Shown: piece by piece, positions 12,730 through 25,921 of the stretch
Numbering within the stretch: the stretch's first letter is position 1
Layout: each line of letters starts with the position of its first letter
NCBI RefSeq assembly: GCF_001194135.2
Contig: NC_068983.1
Coordinates: 68,402,997 to 68,466,996, forward strand
Source of the DNA: Octopus bimaculoides
Taxonomy: Eukaryota
Direction of reading: 5' to 3'
Length of the DNA stretch: 64,000 nt
Position numbers and translations under genes: made by a program
The notes under the pieces: model-generated
Told to the model about the DNA's origin: nothing
Databases searched by the model: none
What the model saw: only the letters and a program-made list of their open reading frames with translations

Positions 12730-13330
12730 AATAGAGGGAGACCCAGAAAGACATGGGATGAGGTGGTGAAGCATGACCTTCGAATGTTGGGCCTCACAGA
12801 GGCAATGACAAAAGACTGAGACCTCTAGAGATATGCTGTGACTGAGAAGACCCAGCAAATAAAATGAGTTCACGGCTGTAACCTACACCAGTGTCGCATA
12901 ACCAGTCCACTCAAAAGTACCTTGGATCGTAGGGCAACATGCCATGCTTGAGGAAACCTACTGAGTCAAGTACATCAAAATCAAATGGAAATTGTAGTTG
13001 TGATCTCCGTGCTGGTGGCACGTAAAAAGTACCATCTGAATGTGGCCGATGCCAGCAGAGCTGCCATGACTGGCTTCCGTGCCAGTGGCATGTAAAAAGC
13101 ACCAATCAATCGTGGCCGTTGCCAGCCCCCTCTGGCCCCTGTGCCAGTGGCACATAAAAAGCACCCACTACCCTCTCAGAGTGGTTGGCATTAGGAGGGG
13201 CATCCAGCTGTAGAAACACTGCCAGATCAGACTGGAGCCTGGTGCAGCCTCCTGGCTTCCCAGACCCCAGTCGAGCCGTCCAACCCATGCCAGCATGGAA
13301 AACAGACGTTAAACAATGATGATGATGATG
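12730..13330 (+). mobile_element. 3' end of an RTE-clade LINE: RT C-terminus, long 3' UTR with subrepeats and (GAT)n tail
   Basis: RGRPRKTWDEVVKHDLRMLGLTEAMTKD*DL*RYAVTEKT runs into a UTR with three GTGCCAGTGGCACRTAAAAAGCACC-like units (about 13010, 13080, 13141) and ends GTTAAACAATGATGATGATGATG. Confidence 0.88.
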
Positions 13331-15603
13331 CTGATGAAAGTAGTTTTTGATAAATTATTTAGAAAATTTTTATTTCAGATTTTCTACCAATGAAAGAATG
13401 ATAAAAAAATATAAAATACCATATATTGTTGAAGTTTTCTGCAAACAAAAGTCCCATTATTCTAATTAAGTGTTCAAGTAAGAATCAAATTTAACAACAA
13501 AGTCAGTGACAAATCCAAATCATAGACATTGCTATTTAAATATTAGACTGAAAACAATTGTTAGGAGAACTGGAAGATCACTAGAAAAATGTTTTATGAT
13601 ATTTAACTTCATCCTTTTAAATTTTAAGTTCAAATCCGGCCAGGGTTAACTTTGCTAGTCATCCTTCTGAGATCAATAATATAAGTAGTAGTCATTTCTT
13701 CCTCCCAAAAGTTATGGCCTTTTGCTAATGTTTAGAAATATTACTGTTTGTACTTATTTTTAAACATGAGATACATGGACCTCTAAGGCTCACTCAACCA
13801 GAGCCAATGACGGAGTATCAACGTGGTTGGTTAAACACTTAGAAAAGGTAATCATCTCTCTCAAAGCACATCCTACTGAATATGATACAATATCCAAGTG
13901 ATATGCTGCTATAGAGATATGCATATTTATCAAAAACCGAAAAGATAAAATAATACAAAGTACAATTTCTCTATAGAAATTTAATGGCTTGTTCTGCAGG
14001 TTTACAGAATATGAATTACAGACAGAAGAAATGCACTGCCAATAATCTATGGTCATCTTCTAAGATAGTGAAAATGGAAATTAATAGATGGAAGAGTGGG
14101 ATGGAGTGGACAAGTGAATAATGAGTGAGTTATATGTCATTTCTACAGCCAGTCAAGAATACAACTAGTTAACAAAAAAGATTTACTAAAGCAGAGTGCT
14201 TGTGAACTCTGCATAGGATTGCAAACTTTCAGATGGTCAGATCATTAAGTGTCTATGTTACCTACTTGCCAAACAGGCCAATGGTTCATATCTTATTGCT
14301 ATCATTTTTCTGGTAAAGACATTTATCAATATCTCTTGTTATAAATGGGTGGGTACCACAGAGCGATACAGTCTACAGCTCTGAGCAACAATCCTTACAG
14401 TACTGGGTTTAAATCCTTCCCTGAACAGCTGACCAGGAAATATACAAGCAGAGATCTTACCCAAGCGATACTCATGATTAAAACAGTAGTGGTAACTTTT
14501 TCAATAGTAATGGAAACAAATATTTAAGAATAAAATATTACCAAAACTGATGATGAATCCATATATCTTCCAAATTGTTTTGATAACCTTAAATATAAGC
14601 CATTTTTTTTTTGAAAGATTATTGAGGAGATACTTAAACATGTGCAGTAATTGAGACTCCTGATATTGAAGTTGATGACAGGTGCAATGGTGAAGTTCAT
14701 TGTCTATCATTTTCTATAAAATATACAAGGAGCTGGGGGAGGGAATCATAAAAACGAAAGACCAGTGGAGATAGAAAAAGAGAGTATATTCTAAAAATCG
14801 ATGAGTACAGGCAAGTGGAAAATTATATCAAACCAACCAACCCCAAGTTAGCATACAAAAATAGTACTTGAACATGGCTGATGATCAAACATTAACAAAT
14901 AATAAGATCTGTAAAAGGTCTCACCAACAAAAGAGATGAAACTGAAATATAACTTGTTTAAATCTCTAAAGTTTGATGACATTTATATGTTGCTAAAGTA
15001 CCACAGGTTAGAGATCATGTGACATCTTCATTGCAAAACAATTATGCCTACGTAAACAAGGCATACACACACACACACACTCAAACATTATGTAGAGATA
15101 GTACCCTTCACTGAGTGATGTACAATATATAGCCACACCTCAGATTCTAGTCCTCACACTCATAGGTGATCAGTCATTTCAGGGAAAGGCCTGAACCTCT
15201 CATTAGCAACATCATCCCAGCTAAAACCTTCATGAGGAGAGCCTGTTCCCAAGGATCTGAGCAGAGCTAAAGGGATATATCTTGCTAAAAACAGACAGTC
15301 TCCAATGGCAGAACAACAGATGTAGACCTATGATCTCAACAGCTGAACTAACAGAAGGGGGTGAAGCCAAATGGATTAGCTAAGAAGGCATAGCTCAAGT
15401 AACACCTGGGTCTATTGTAGTTTCACTGCCTGATACTTTTATATGTTAGATATGGGACAGAGGAGGTCTTTGAAACCACAGCATGTGGGCCACTTTCTGG
15501 CAAGTTGGAATCCACTCTAATCAAAACCATGCTACTGGTATTCCTTCATTAATTTATTGTCATGGAACTACAATGAAGAAAGAAATACTCAGAAATGAGA
15601 AGG

Positions 15604-15642
<39 letters not shown>

Positions 15643-17412
15643 GTGTGCATGTGCGTGCGCGCGTACGTGCGTGTGTGCATGCACCCTTCTTGTTTATTTC
15701 ATTAACACATTAAACCATGTGCTCTGAAAATGTACTTCCTCAGCAACAACACAAACTCTCAAAATCACTTCAACAAACAACTGTGTTGATGATATCTAAT
15801 TGTTGTACTAAAAGAAAACATTGTAATAAAATATTTCAAATAGTGATTTACATGCTATTTTAAATATATGCATAGAATAACTAAATGATGTTTGTAAAAT
15901 CATTTCTTAACATTACATTAATAAGGATAGAACATTCCAAAATGTCGTATCAACAAAGTAAAAACTAGAAGTGAACTTCCTCATTGCAATGGAAGAAATG
16001 AACGACAGCCTTAAAATGTTAGACAATGTATAGATATATAAGTTTAATCTAATGTATAGATATATAAGTTAAACTGTCTTTAACTCTATACAGGAATGTG
16101 TAAGAGTAAACTAAAGTAAATAGCTTAGAGTAAAATAATACTCTATGAACACTATACGAAGTAAACATACTTCAGGAAAATGCTACAAGAGCTGTTCTCA
16201 GTTTAACACAAAATAATGAGAATGGGAGTAAGTGGACCAGCTCTTCTGTATTTTCAAGCATCAATAAAGTTTTTCATATGCTGTATAATGTAGGCAGAAA
16301 TTGTATTCTTAAACACACTTAACCACATGTACACAAAAAACACCTGATTTTGAACTAGCTGTGCTTTGAAATGTAATTTGTAACCATTGCAGAGTTGAGA
16401 TACAAGAATTTTCGAGATCTCAATTGCAAGAATTGGATGCTGTTGATATATGATACCAACTTGATGGCAACATTAAAGGTTGTTTTCCAAGTCTGATTTC
16501 AACTAACCTCACTTCAACATTATTCATGACCTCAGACTACATGTTAACAAACTTTGATACAGCTAAAAATAACACTGACTATGAAATTAACTATATAGCA
16601 ACATAACTTTTGACATGCATAATTGAAAATATAATTCATGTGTTTTAAATAACCAATATAACTATCATTATACAACTGTTGATTTAAAACATGCAATTAT
16701 TTATAAATAGTTATAGAATTAACAGAACCACCAGATATATAATACAAGTGACTTGGTTTTGCTTGTCTAATATATTTTCTCATTACATTAAACAGATAGG
16801 CTGTTACAAGAAAGCTAGTTAATATTTACAAATTTACTAATTTCATTAAGCATAACAAACATTTCAAAAACTATACTAATTATATAAACAATTGAGTTGT
16901 AAATAAAACACTTGTGGGGCAATAACAGAAAACAAAAGCACATATTTTGAACTTTTACTTCCTTTTAATTTGATAGGTTTGTTCAAAATAGAGAAATGTA
17001 TTTCATCAGGTTAATCATTTCTTACACAACTAAAAATTTACTTTAAGCACCGAAATGTAAATTTATAAAGAAAATAACCAATTATTCTTAAATAGCACTG
17101 AAAGCTGATGTCAATTTCTGAATATTTAAAGATTTACAAAGGTAAAATCATGTCTGTCTAGCTTTCTTTCTAATGACTTAAATAACACCCAATCTAATTC
17201 ATTCATCATGATTATATCTTCCTTTACAATCTGAAAGGAGTGACATCATATAATACTTAGAGCTGCTTGTTCAAATTTTAAAAAAATGTCCAGCCTTCAA
17301 CTAATCTGTTACTCAAATTAGTTCATTTTATTATATAATTCAACATTATGGCATACTATCTAAGATAACTGTTGAAGTTTGAAAACTCACAAAAGTAAAA
17401 TTCTGTATTGTT

Positions 17413-17745
17413 TATCTTTTACTTGTTTCTGTCATTAGACTGCAGACACACTGAGGCACCACCTTGAAAGGTTTAGTCAAACAAATCGACCCCAGGACAT
17501 ACTTTTTTCTAAGCCTGGTACTTACTCTATCAAACTCAGTTTTGCTGAATCACTAATGCACAGGCACATAAACAAACGAACACCAGCAGTCAAGCAGTGG
17601 TGGAGGACAATCATAAACACAACGATGTACATACACACACACACACACACACATACACGATGGGCTTCTTTCAGTTTCCGTCTACCAAATCCACTCACAA
17701 GGCTTTGGTTGGCCCAAGACTACAATAGAAGAGACTTATTCAAGG
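17413..17745 (-). mobile_element. tRNA-derived SINE (family A), 5'-truncated
   Basis: Reverse complement of the 11500-11810 sequence (ggcttctttcagtttccgtctaccaaatccactcacaaggctttgg; cttttacttgtttc). Confidence 0.82.
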
Positions 17746-18475
17746 AACTGTACATTTATTTATCATGGGGATAGCATCTCAGAATAATTATTTGAATTCT
17801 CTTTCACTAAGCCAACAAATTTCTCTTTCCCCTTCTACTGGAGAATCCTAAATTTGTTTCCATATTTGCTAATGAAAAAAATAATTTTTTTTCATGAACT
17901 AATAACAAATTTATCAATAATAGCAGCAAACTACATTAAAACCTAAAGCATCCTAACAACTATGGACTAAAACAAGAACATAAATATCACATTAATATCT
18001 AAAGTACTTATGACACCACTTTAAAAAATTTTTTTATAAAGGGTCAATTTGTAATGACAAACAGTGGATTTTGTAATCATGATTATTTGTTCCAAAATGA
18101 TACTAATAAGTACATAGTATTTGACATAGATTTTCATCACAAATACCATATTATATATTGAGAAATCAGAAAATAAGAAATATGCCTACCATAATAAGAA
18201 CTAAGATCAAAAAAGTTGGCTTGATATTTCAGTAGACAGATTATGCATCAAACTCTAAACTATTAATTACAGCTATACCTACTAACAGGCATAAGAAATG
18301 GAACCTGGATACTCTGCTAAAAAAACATTATTTAAATATTTTAAAAGTAACATGAAAGTGTTACTCATTAAAAAAAAATGTATTGGTGCAACACTGTTAT
18401 AGTTAACAACAAAACATTCAAAAAATAAAAACAATGCTGGAAGAAGTATTTGAAGGGATAGGTTAGAAAGTAATA

Positions 18476-18853
18476 TCTATATACATAAATGTGTAATGGA
18501 GTTTGTCTGTCTGTGTGTTTGGGGTTTACTCTAACTTCTTCAACACGATCCAACTGATTTTAATAATTTTTGGCACATAGGCAGATCACATGCCCTGAAG
18601 TTCAAATAAGGCCGGAATTTTTTGAAATCTCGATAATGCTCAGTTAGCATCAATTTTTGTGAGCTCAATCAGGCGTTTGAATGGAAATTCCCATAACAAT
18701 GTTATTTCTCCTGCAGCTTTTGTATTTTTTCATGTGTAAAATTTCAACAAAATCTATAGAATAGTCTCTAAGGAAATACTTATTCAATACAAGGTCAGAG
18801 GTGGGCTTAACTTCAACATGGAAAACACTAGCAACGCCGGATCCAACAACTAG
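18476..18853 (+). mobile_element. Non-autonomous Helitron/HINE-like element
   Basis: Starts TCTATATACATAAA after an A, has a GTCTGTCTGTGTGT microsatellite near the 5' end, and ends GCAACGCCGG...CTAG. No TSD. Confidence 0.55.
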
Positions 18854-21559
18854 CAGTATGCATAAAATATATTAGATATCTTTGTTATTTTACAACAAAT
18901 GCGATAACAGAGATGTGCTAATGTAGCAGAATGTTAGACTAAAACAGTTTGGAGTTCATGTCCTAGTGCAGGTGACTTGTCTACTCATCTCTTGAGCATT
19001 ATTATTGTTTAGCACCAGGTCCGCCCTAATTGAGCTGGCCTATGATCAAAGGCATTCTAACAAATGGGAGAGGATATAGAATAACCTAAGATCATGTTAT
19101 CCAATGTAATGGTCTCTTTTACAAGATGGTTGTGATTAAACTGCTATTTCTAGCAAATCAAGCAACAACTTAAAGACTCATCATTGATTTGTCTCTGTAG
19201 AGTTAATAGAATAAGTCGATTCAGTTGTCTGTATGTTTTTATTGTGTGTAAAAAGACATTATTCCAGTTACCAGCTTTATTAATATTTTCCATATGTATG
19301 ATTCAGGAAAGTTAGTTGTGTAGTCATCTGAATACTTTGTTTATATACTGTCGTTTTCAAAAGAGCAGAACATCACAGTCCAAAAGATTACAACTGTGAT
19401 ATAGAACTATAACTATTATTTAAAGTCACTTGAAATTATTTACAAACATACAATCTCTTGATACATAAACATTCTCATATGTTATATACGCTATAGTTTA
19501 AATCTCTAAATGTGCATCTACTTTAGCTCTGGAGATGATTATACAAAGCCTGATGTGTCTCATCTGTACATCTAATGTAAACGGGCCAATTACAGCTGCA
19601 GCTTCTATACACTTCTCATTTTTGACTTCCTCTACTACACAAGTGAACTCCTTTATGGTCAATGAAGCCACTAGAAATAACAGCTAAATGTCACTCAAAA
19701 CACAGTCTACCATCTAAAACAGAAATGGGATGGGCATGTCTGGAATGCTTTTTGATCATAGGTCTGTTTTATCAGCTGACTTGGGGACACTTTAATAACA
19801 GCAAAAACTACAGTGAAATATACAAAAAAGATTCAATTTAAAACAACAAACAATCACTAATATCTGAAGTAACACTCAAAGTATTGAAGTAACATTAATA
19901 AATTGTTTAAATTATAAAAGTTTGGGTGAGTTAAATGGTCCCATGAATTCATAAGGCTGGTGCTTAGCTCTAGTTTAAAGTGACAAAGAACAAATCTTTC
20001 TCTTGATAATCTGTCACAAGCAACTTTTCCCTTTGATATCCCTTCTTAGAGTGCCTTACAAGAGTCTAAGCAGAAATGTGAATTTTGTTTCAAACACAAC
20101 TTAGTGACAAATCAAATAGCTAGTTTCAACATTTTATAAGCACAACAACAAACAAAACCAATTAAAGTGACCATACAAACACATACAGTAATCTTTTCAT
20201 ATCAGGATGGAATAATCTGTTATCACTATGAGAAGCTGCAGCAAAAGTTTAGTCTTTATCCCAGTGTTTTACAAGGTGTTTTGCTTTTAAAGGGCATCTT
20301 TCCAATTAAATAGAACCACTAATCACTCTTAAGTTTTGCCTGTGAGAGGATTTAAGCCCATTACTGCAAGCTAACAAAACATTCATTACCTACGCAATAT
20401 CTCATCTACATAATTGGAGTTAGATGTGTAAATTTCCATGGAGCATAATTTCAGCTGGAAAGACTATATCATTGAGAATGTCTTTGCAAGGGTGTAAGAG
20501 TAGTACAATAATTTATCTTTCACTAGAATTCTACTACAATTTCCCAAACCAAATTAACCTAATCTTTTCCACCACCTCTGCCTAGCGATGTTAAGTGTTG
20601 GCCACCTCACAAGCCCAAAAGGATGACACTTCCAATTTATGGACTATTGAGTTGGTTTAGGCTATAAATTCATATTTTTTCGCAGACAAATTTTCCTGGG
20701 ACAGATACTCAAATATATCTGCTTTTATCAGTACACCTGACTGAAACGACATGCTAGACGTATCAGTAGAATTGCAGGTTATGAAAATGTTAGAGAATAC
20801 AACAAAAGCAAACTAGCATTGAGAGGTAGAGTCTCTAAAACTCCACAGATGCAGTAGGAGGAAATAAATGAAAAAACAAATAAAAACTGCAAGATTATTT
20901 CAAATGTCGGCTGAATGTTAATCTTTTAGACTATTCTGGAACAACTAAATATTGTGTGTGTGTGTGTGTGTAGGGGGGGGGGGGGTGTGATGACATTAAA
21001 AACAACCCACTGAATCAAGTGATAAATTAAAAGATAAATCATAAATGACTTTTTAGCTTAAAAGATAAACTGTTGAAATAGGGAAAAGAATTTCTCTCAA
21101 ATCTATTTCAAGTGTCTCAATCAAAGAGTAATTTATTTAACATGAAATACTACCACCATCTCCTTCATATTCTCAGCTGCAGGTGAAGAAGAACCTGGAG
21201 AAGGATTAACAAACCTTATTGTCAAGAATATGGTACAAATGTATCAAAAATTCTATTTTTGGCCTTGCACCATTGCTAATGATAAACAAATTTAATTTGA
21301 ATTGTTCCATGTCCCAAATCTGTGATTATTATTATATCTTACAATCAACAGGCACATTTGTCCAATCCCAAGCAAAATCAAAATCATCATTGTCCCCATT
21401 GTGATACCATAGCAAAATCTGTACTTGGACTTAAACTACATTCACGCATCCATCACAAATAAATGAAGCTTCTTTTTTATTCCCCCACCACCCCACTGCC
21501 TTTTTAAAATCCTTTCCTTCAAATACTCATATACTGAAATCAACAGGAATGACCATCAC

Positions 21560-21560
<1 letters not shown>

Positions 21561-21608
<48 letters not shown>

Positions 21609-21895
21609 GATCTCAAACTTTGGCACGGGGCCGACAGTTTTGAGTGGAGAGAGGTGATTAGTTGATTGGTACTTATTTTATAAACCCCAAAAAGATGAAA
21701 GGCAAAGCTGACCTCAGCAGAATTTGAACTCAGAACATGAAGACAGATAAAACACTGTTAAGCATAATGCTGCCAAGCATTTTGTCAGATGTGTTAACAT
21801 CAACCCCAGTTGAGTGCTGGGGTTGAGGCAATTAACTATGCCCCTCTCACAAAATTTCAGGCCTTGTACCTATAATAGAAAGGATTATTATTATT
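21561..21895. mobile_element. Head-to-head pair of family B SINE pieces with (ATT)n tails; other family B fragments at about 13620, 28660, 32620, 40430, 43135, 43330, 56590, 57440, 62830 and 63130
   Basis: (ATT)16 at 21561-21608, a minus-strand core (gatgaaaggcaaagctgacctc...atttgaactcag) and a plus-strand 3' half ending aaggattattattatt. Confidence 0.7.
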
Positions 21896-22690
21896 AAAAG
21901 ATGTCTTGCAAACAACTTGCACATGCAAGTGCTGCCAGTCGAGAACTCTGCATACCAGAAGCCAGTAAGTGTATGGGGTCATCAGGAGAGAATGAGTGCA
22001 ATTTTGGGGCCTACCTCTTGACGGCATCAATGATATGAGGCCCCGCTTGCTACATCAACTGGTTATTAAATATAGCTCAATATTCTTCTAGCCATCGCTC
22101 ATCATCTCTTTTTAACCAAATCTAGTGGCTGGCCTTTTCCACTGTAGTTTGGATATCGGACATGGTGGTACTTACTTCACGATGAGTTAGGCCTAACAAT
22201 AACAACAGTCGTCTTACACTGTGTCCAACAAACCCTCTACATCTGACTTTGACTGGAAAATGCTCCACTTTCCAGTGTGTGTCTTCACATTCCATGAGGA
22301 GGTTTACATAACGGTCAATCTTTCGAGCCCAAGCGGCGTCCATGTTATCTTCATGAAGAACTGTTAACTCGACTAGATTCACAACTTTCTTTCTTTCACA
22401 CCACATTAAAATGTCCGGTGTTTTTCATAACTGGGATGGGAAAGAGTCCCTGGCACCCTGATAAATCTGCAGTCCCCTCCCAATAGCTATTCCACTTTTC
22501 ATTGCTCACAGGAAGTTTGTTGTTCTTCTTCTTGAAACGGATCCGCTGCCCTGAGCGCACGAAGGTGATGAGATCTCTAGTTGGTACTTTCAACACCTGT
22601 TTAAGTTTCAAATATTTGTACAGCATGTCCTACCATAGAGACAAGTGACCATAACTATAGACACCAATGAAGTTCTCCATTTGACTGACT
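21896..22690 (-). mobile_element. 3' fragment of a HERO-like (R2-superfamily, RLE) non-LTR retrotransposon with its 3' UTR
   Basis: KKVVNLVELTVLHEDNMDAAWARKIDRY...PVKVRCRGFVGHS...EKASH*IWLKR matches the restriction-like endonuclease consensus ELTVPWE...ERK...PVEVGCRGF...EKASRWLWLKR. Stops and frameshifts present. Confidence 0.82.
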
Positions 22691-25464
22691 TTGAACAGAG
22701 TTCACCATAACAACTTCATTACAATTTCATCAATCAAAGAAAGAAATACTAATATCGCATTTCAATGTATGCCAACTGGTAGACCAACAGGATTCATAAA
22801 TATTATCAAGCTGATATACTAGTATATACACAATTAACACCTTAGAAAATTCTTTAGAATATCTATTATCTTTAGTTAAATTAAATAATCAAAATTCTCT
22901 TATGATAAACCTTAGATTTACTTATTTCTCCTCCATTTAACGAACAAGACAAGTTTCTTTTTAGCTAGAATTCTTGTCTATCTACACTAAACTTTCTTAA
23001 GCATCATACTGAATTTCCAGCTGATCTGATATAAGTGATTGGTACCAGATAATGACCTTGAAAGAATATAGCTGTTTCTAAATGTTGCCTAAAACAAAAC
23101 GATATTACAGATGCTTACATAAGAAATCAGCAAAGTAGAACAATTCTACGTGTTTACTTCTTATTTCCAGGGAAAGATTTTGGTTCAATGTAACTGTCTG
23201 AAAATCAGTTTCACTCACCTCATACAGTTGTCAAAGAGCCAATAAAAGAATTGAGATGTTGGATGAAAATCAGAAGTTTTATTAACATAGAAAGAAATGT
23301 TGAAATTATGAATAATAATAATAGAAAATAGTAGTTTTGAAGGGAACATAAAAAGAACAACTAATAATTTATAAAAAGATGGTTTATATTAAGAATATAT
23401 TATATTCTTTTTACTACTAATTATTTTTTTCTTTAATTGAGTAGGTTTATATCCTGTGGAAATTAGAAAAACATGAAAAGAGAAGATAAAGATTGGTGAA
23501 ATTAATTTTTCTGTAGATTTAATATTAAGAGAGAATCATTCAAAGTGAATGGACTTTATAAGTAGTGATGGACATCTCAAAGAGAAATAACAAGATGATA
23601 ATAAGGTTAAGATGGTGCCACTAAATTAAGACATAATGGCAGTAATAATACCATTAGAAGGTAATAAATTATTCAGAGCTAACATATCAAAATAGTTCTC
23701 AATTAAAACAAATGAATTATTTAGTATAGTAGTAAGAATTAAAATCTATTGAGCTCACATTAGATCACGTTGGGGATATATGGGCTTTTGATAAAGGCAC
23801 ATATTCCAGTATATTCTTGGAGAATCCCTGAGACGATTTGCAATGGTAACTGGTGGCAGAGTCTTTTATCTAAGCTGAGGGGCCACACCAGCTCCTTACT
23901 GCTTACATGAGATACACACTGATACAGCTAAGAGATAAGTAAAGAGATATTACAGTATCTAACATACAAGGCCTAGGAATAGTAACAAGAAAATAATACA
24001 TAAGGATGAAGTTATCTGTAAATAAATGTAGAGTGAAGTGATTAAAGATATAAAAAAAGTGTTGAAGAAATGAGAAGAGATATATGGCACCAAGAATATT
24101 TGGAAAGATAAAGGTAAATTGTTACTAACTTAATGAATCAAGATCTAATTACCTCATGCAAATGTGACAGTGCTGGCTTCTTGACTTTAACCAATGAGAT
24201 ACTACTAGTCCTTAAGTTCAGAATATCTTTCCAAGTCAAACACATAGCAGGATTTGAGCTCAGATCAATGAAACACTATATAGTTTTCACTAGTGAATTA
24301 TATTGCATTCTATACAAGGGCTGTACACTTTATAATTACCCTTTTACAGTTAGGTAGAGGCAGCCATAATTACTACTCAGTGTAGTATCAGTGACAAAAT
24401 AACACCCAACCCAATGGCTAGTAAGCTAACACTATCAATTATACCAGCTGTGACTGCTATTCATAGTTAATTAATTAGAAATAATTTAAATTAAAATGTA
24501 TAAAGTGAGATGCAAGCAGGTAAAAAAGAAAACAAAAAATGCTGACATAATTTAACATATATTTTACAAAATGTCTCCTTAAAAGAAGTAAAGAGTTTTT
24601 TCATAAAAATATCACTTGGATAACACAATCTGTCAAGGCTGTGAAAGAAATATATTTCACCTTACACACACACACACACACACACACATGTATGAGTGCA
24701 TGTGTGTGTGTGTGTGTGCAAGAGAATGACTGACGTGTGGTTTGTTTGTTATAAATCAAAGATAAGGGCTGATAAATATCCAAAGATAATTTTCTAAAAA
24801 AAAAAGCCCTGTTCACACTCCAATAACCAGAAGCAAAGTATATTTACATAGCAAACATCCCATTTAAAACAACAAGCCAAACTGTTTGCACTCTAACCAA
24901 GTACATGTATCATCCCTCTAAACACCTAAGCATAGGAAGTAAAGGGGGTCAGATATCATTTCAAAACAGGAAGGAAAAAACATGGTTTAAATGGGACTGG
25001 TGGAACTATTTCACTAATTTACACATGCCTGAATATTTGCACTTGATGCTATTGACCTATGCAATATTAAGAGATACAATAAAAATAGTAATGCTCTATT
25101 TTTTTTAGACTCCTTATGAAAAATACATTTTTGCATCTTTGGTTACCTTCACAATAATATAAGATTCCTACCCTTCCATCAGAGAAAAAAAAAAAAAAGA
25201 AAAAAAATTAGATTATTAACACCATATGTAGGGCAGTAATAGAAAACGACAAAAGATCAAGATGAGTATAAATACACTGTATGGTAGAGCAGCCAGCTCC
25301 AAACTGAAGGTAAGTATAAAAAAATATAGCTGCAAAACATTGACAAGCCTTGTGATGATGAGAGATGAAGCAGATAACTACTACAAAGATTATACATGCG
25401 ATTTGATTTTACAGAATAATTTTGTTCAAATTGTTGGAATAAACTTGAATGCTTATTGAAATAT

Positions 25465-25677
25465 CCTTTTCTACTCTAGGCACAAAGCCCAAAATTTTGG
25501 GGGAGGGGACCAGTCGATTAGATTGACCGCAGTACGCAACTGGTACTTAATTTATCAACTTCAAAGGGATGAAAAGCAAAGTTGACCTCGGCGGAATTTG
25601 AACTCAGAATGTAGAAACAGATGAAATACCGCTAAGTATTTCACCTGGCATGCCATCTTCTGCCAGCTTGCCATCTT
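25465..25677 (-). mobile_element. tRNA-derived SINE (family B, tail type 1)
   Basis: Reverse complement has A/B boxes (GAGTTCAAATTC) and a GTCAACTTTGCTTTTCATCCC...AAATTAAGTACCAG core. Bounded by the 16-bp TSD ATGCTTATTGAAATAT. Confidence 0.85.
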
Positions 25678-25693
25678 ATGCTTATTGAAATAT

Positions 25694-25921
25694 TTATTTC
25701 TTTATTGCCCACAAGGGGCTAAATATAGAGGGAACAAACAAGGACAATAGGGATTAAGCCAATTACACTGACCTCAGTGTGTAACTGGTACTTATTTGAT
25801 TGACCCTGAAAGGATGAAAGGCAAAGCTGACCTCGCGGAATTTGAACTCAGGGCGTAAAGACATGAAATACCACTAAGCATTTCACCCGGTGTGCTAACA
25901 TTTCTGCCAGCTCGCTACCTT
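25694..25921 (-). mobile_element. tRNA-derived SINE (family B, tail type 2)
   Basis: Same head and core, different 3' tail (GCCCCTTGTGGGCAATAAAGAAATAA). Bounded by the same 16-bp TSD. Confidence 0.85.

Noticed and set aside
13005-13170. CRISPR-like array of three 25-nt repeats with spacers
   Set aside because: The context is eukaryotic and the units are subrepeats inside a LINE 3' UTR; there are no cas genes.
23213-23222. Recursive splice site (AG|GTGAGT after a long AG-free tract)
   Set aside because: The acceptor would be GAG rather than YAG and lacks an adjacent pyrimidine tract. Kept only as a donor candidate.
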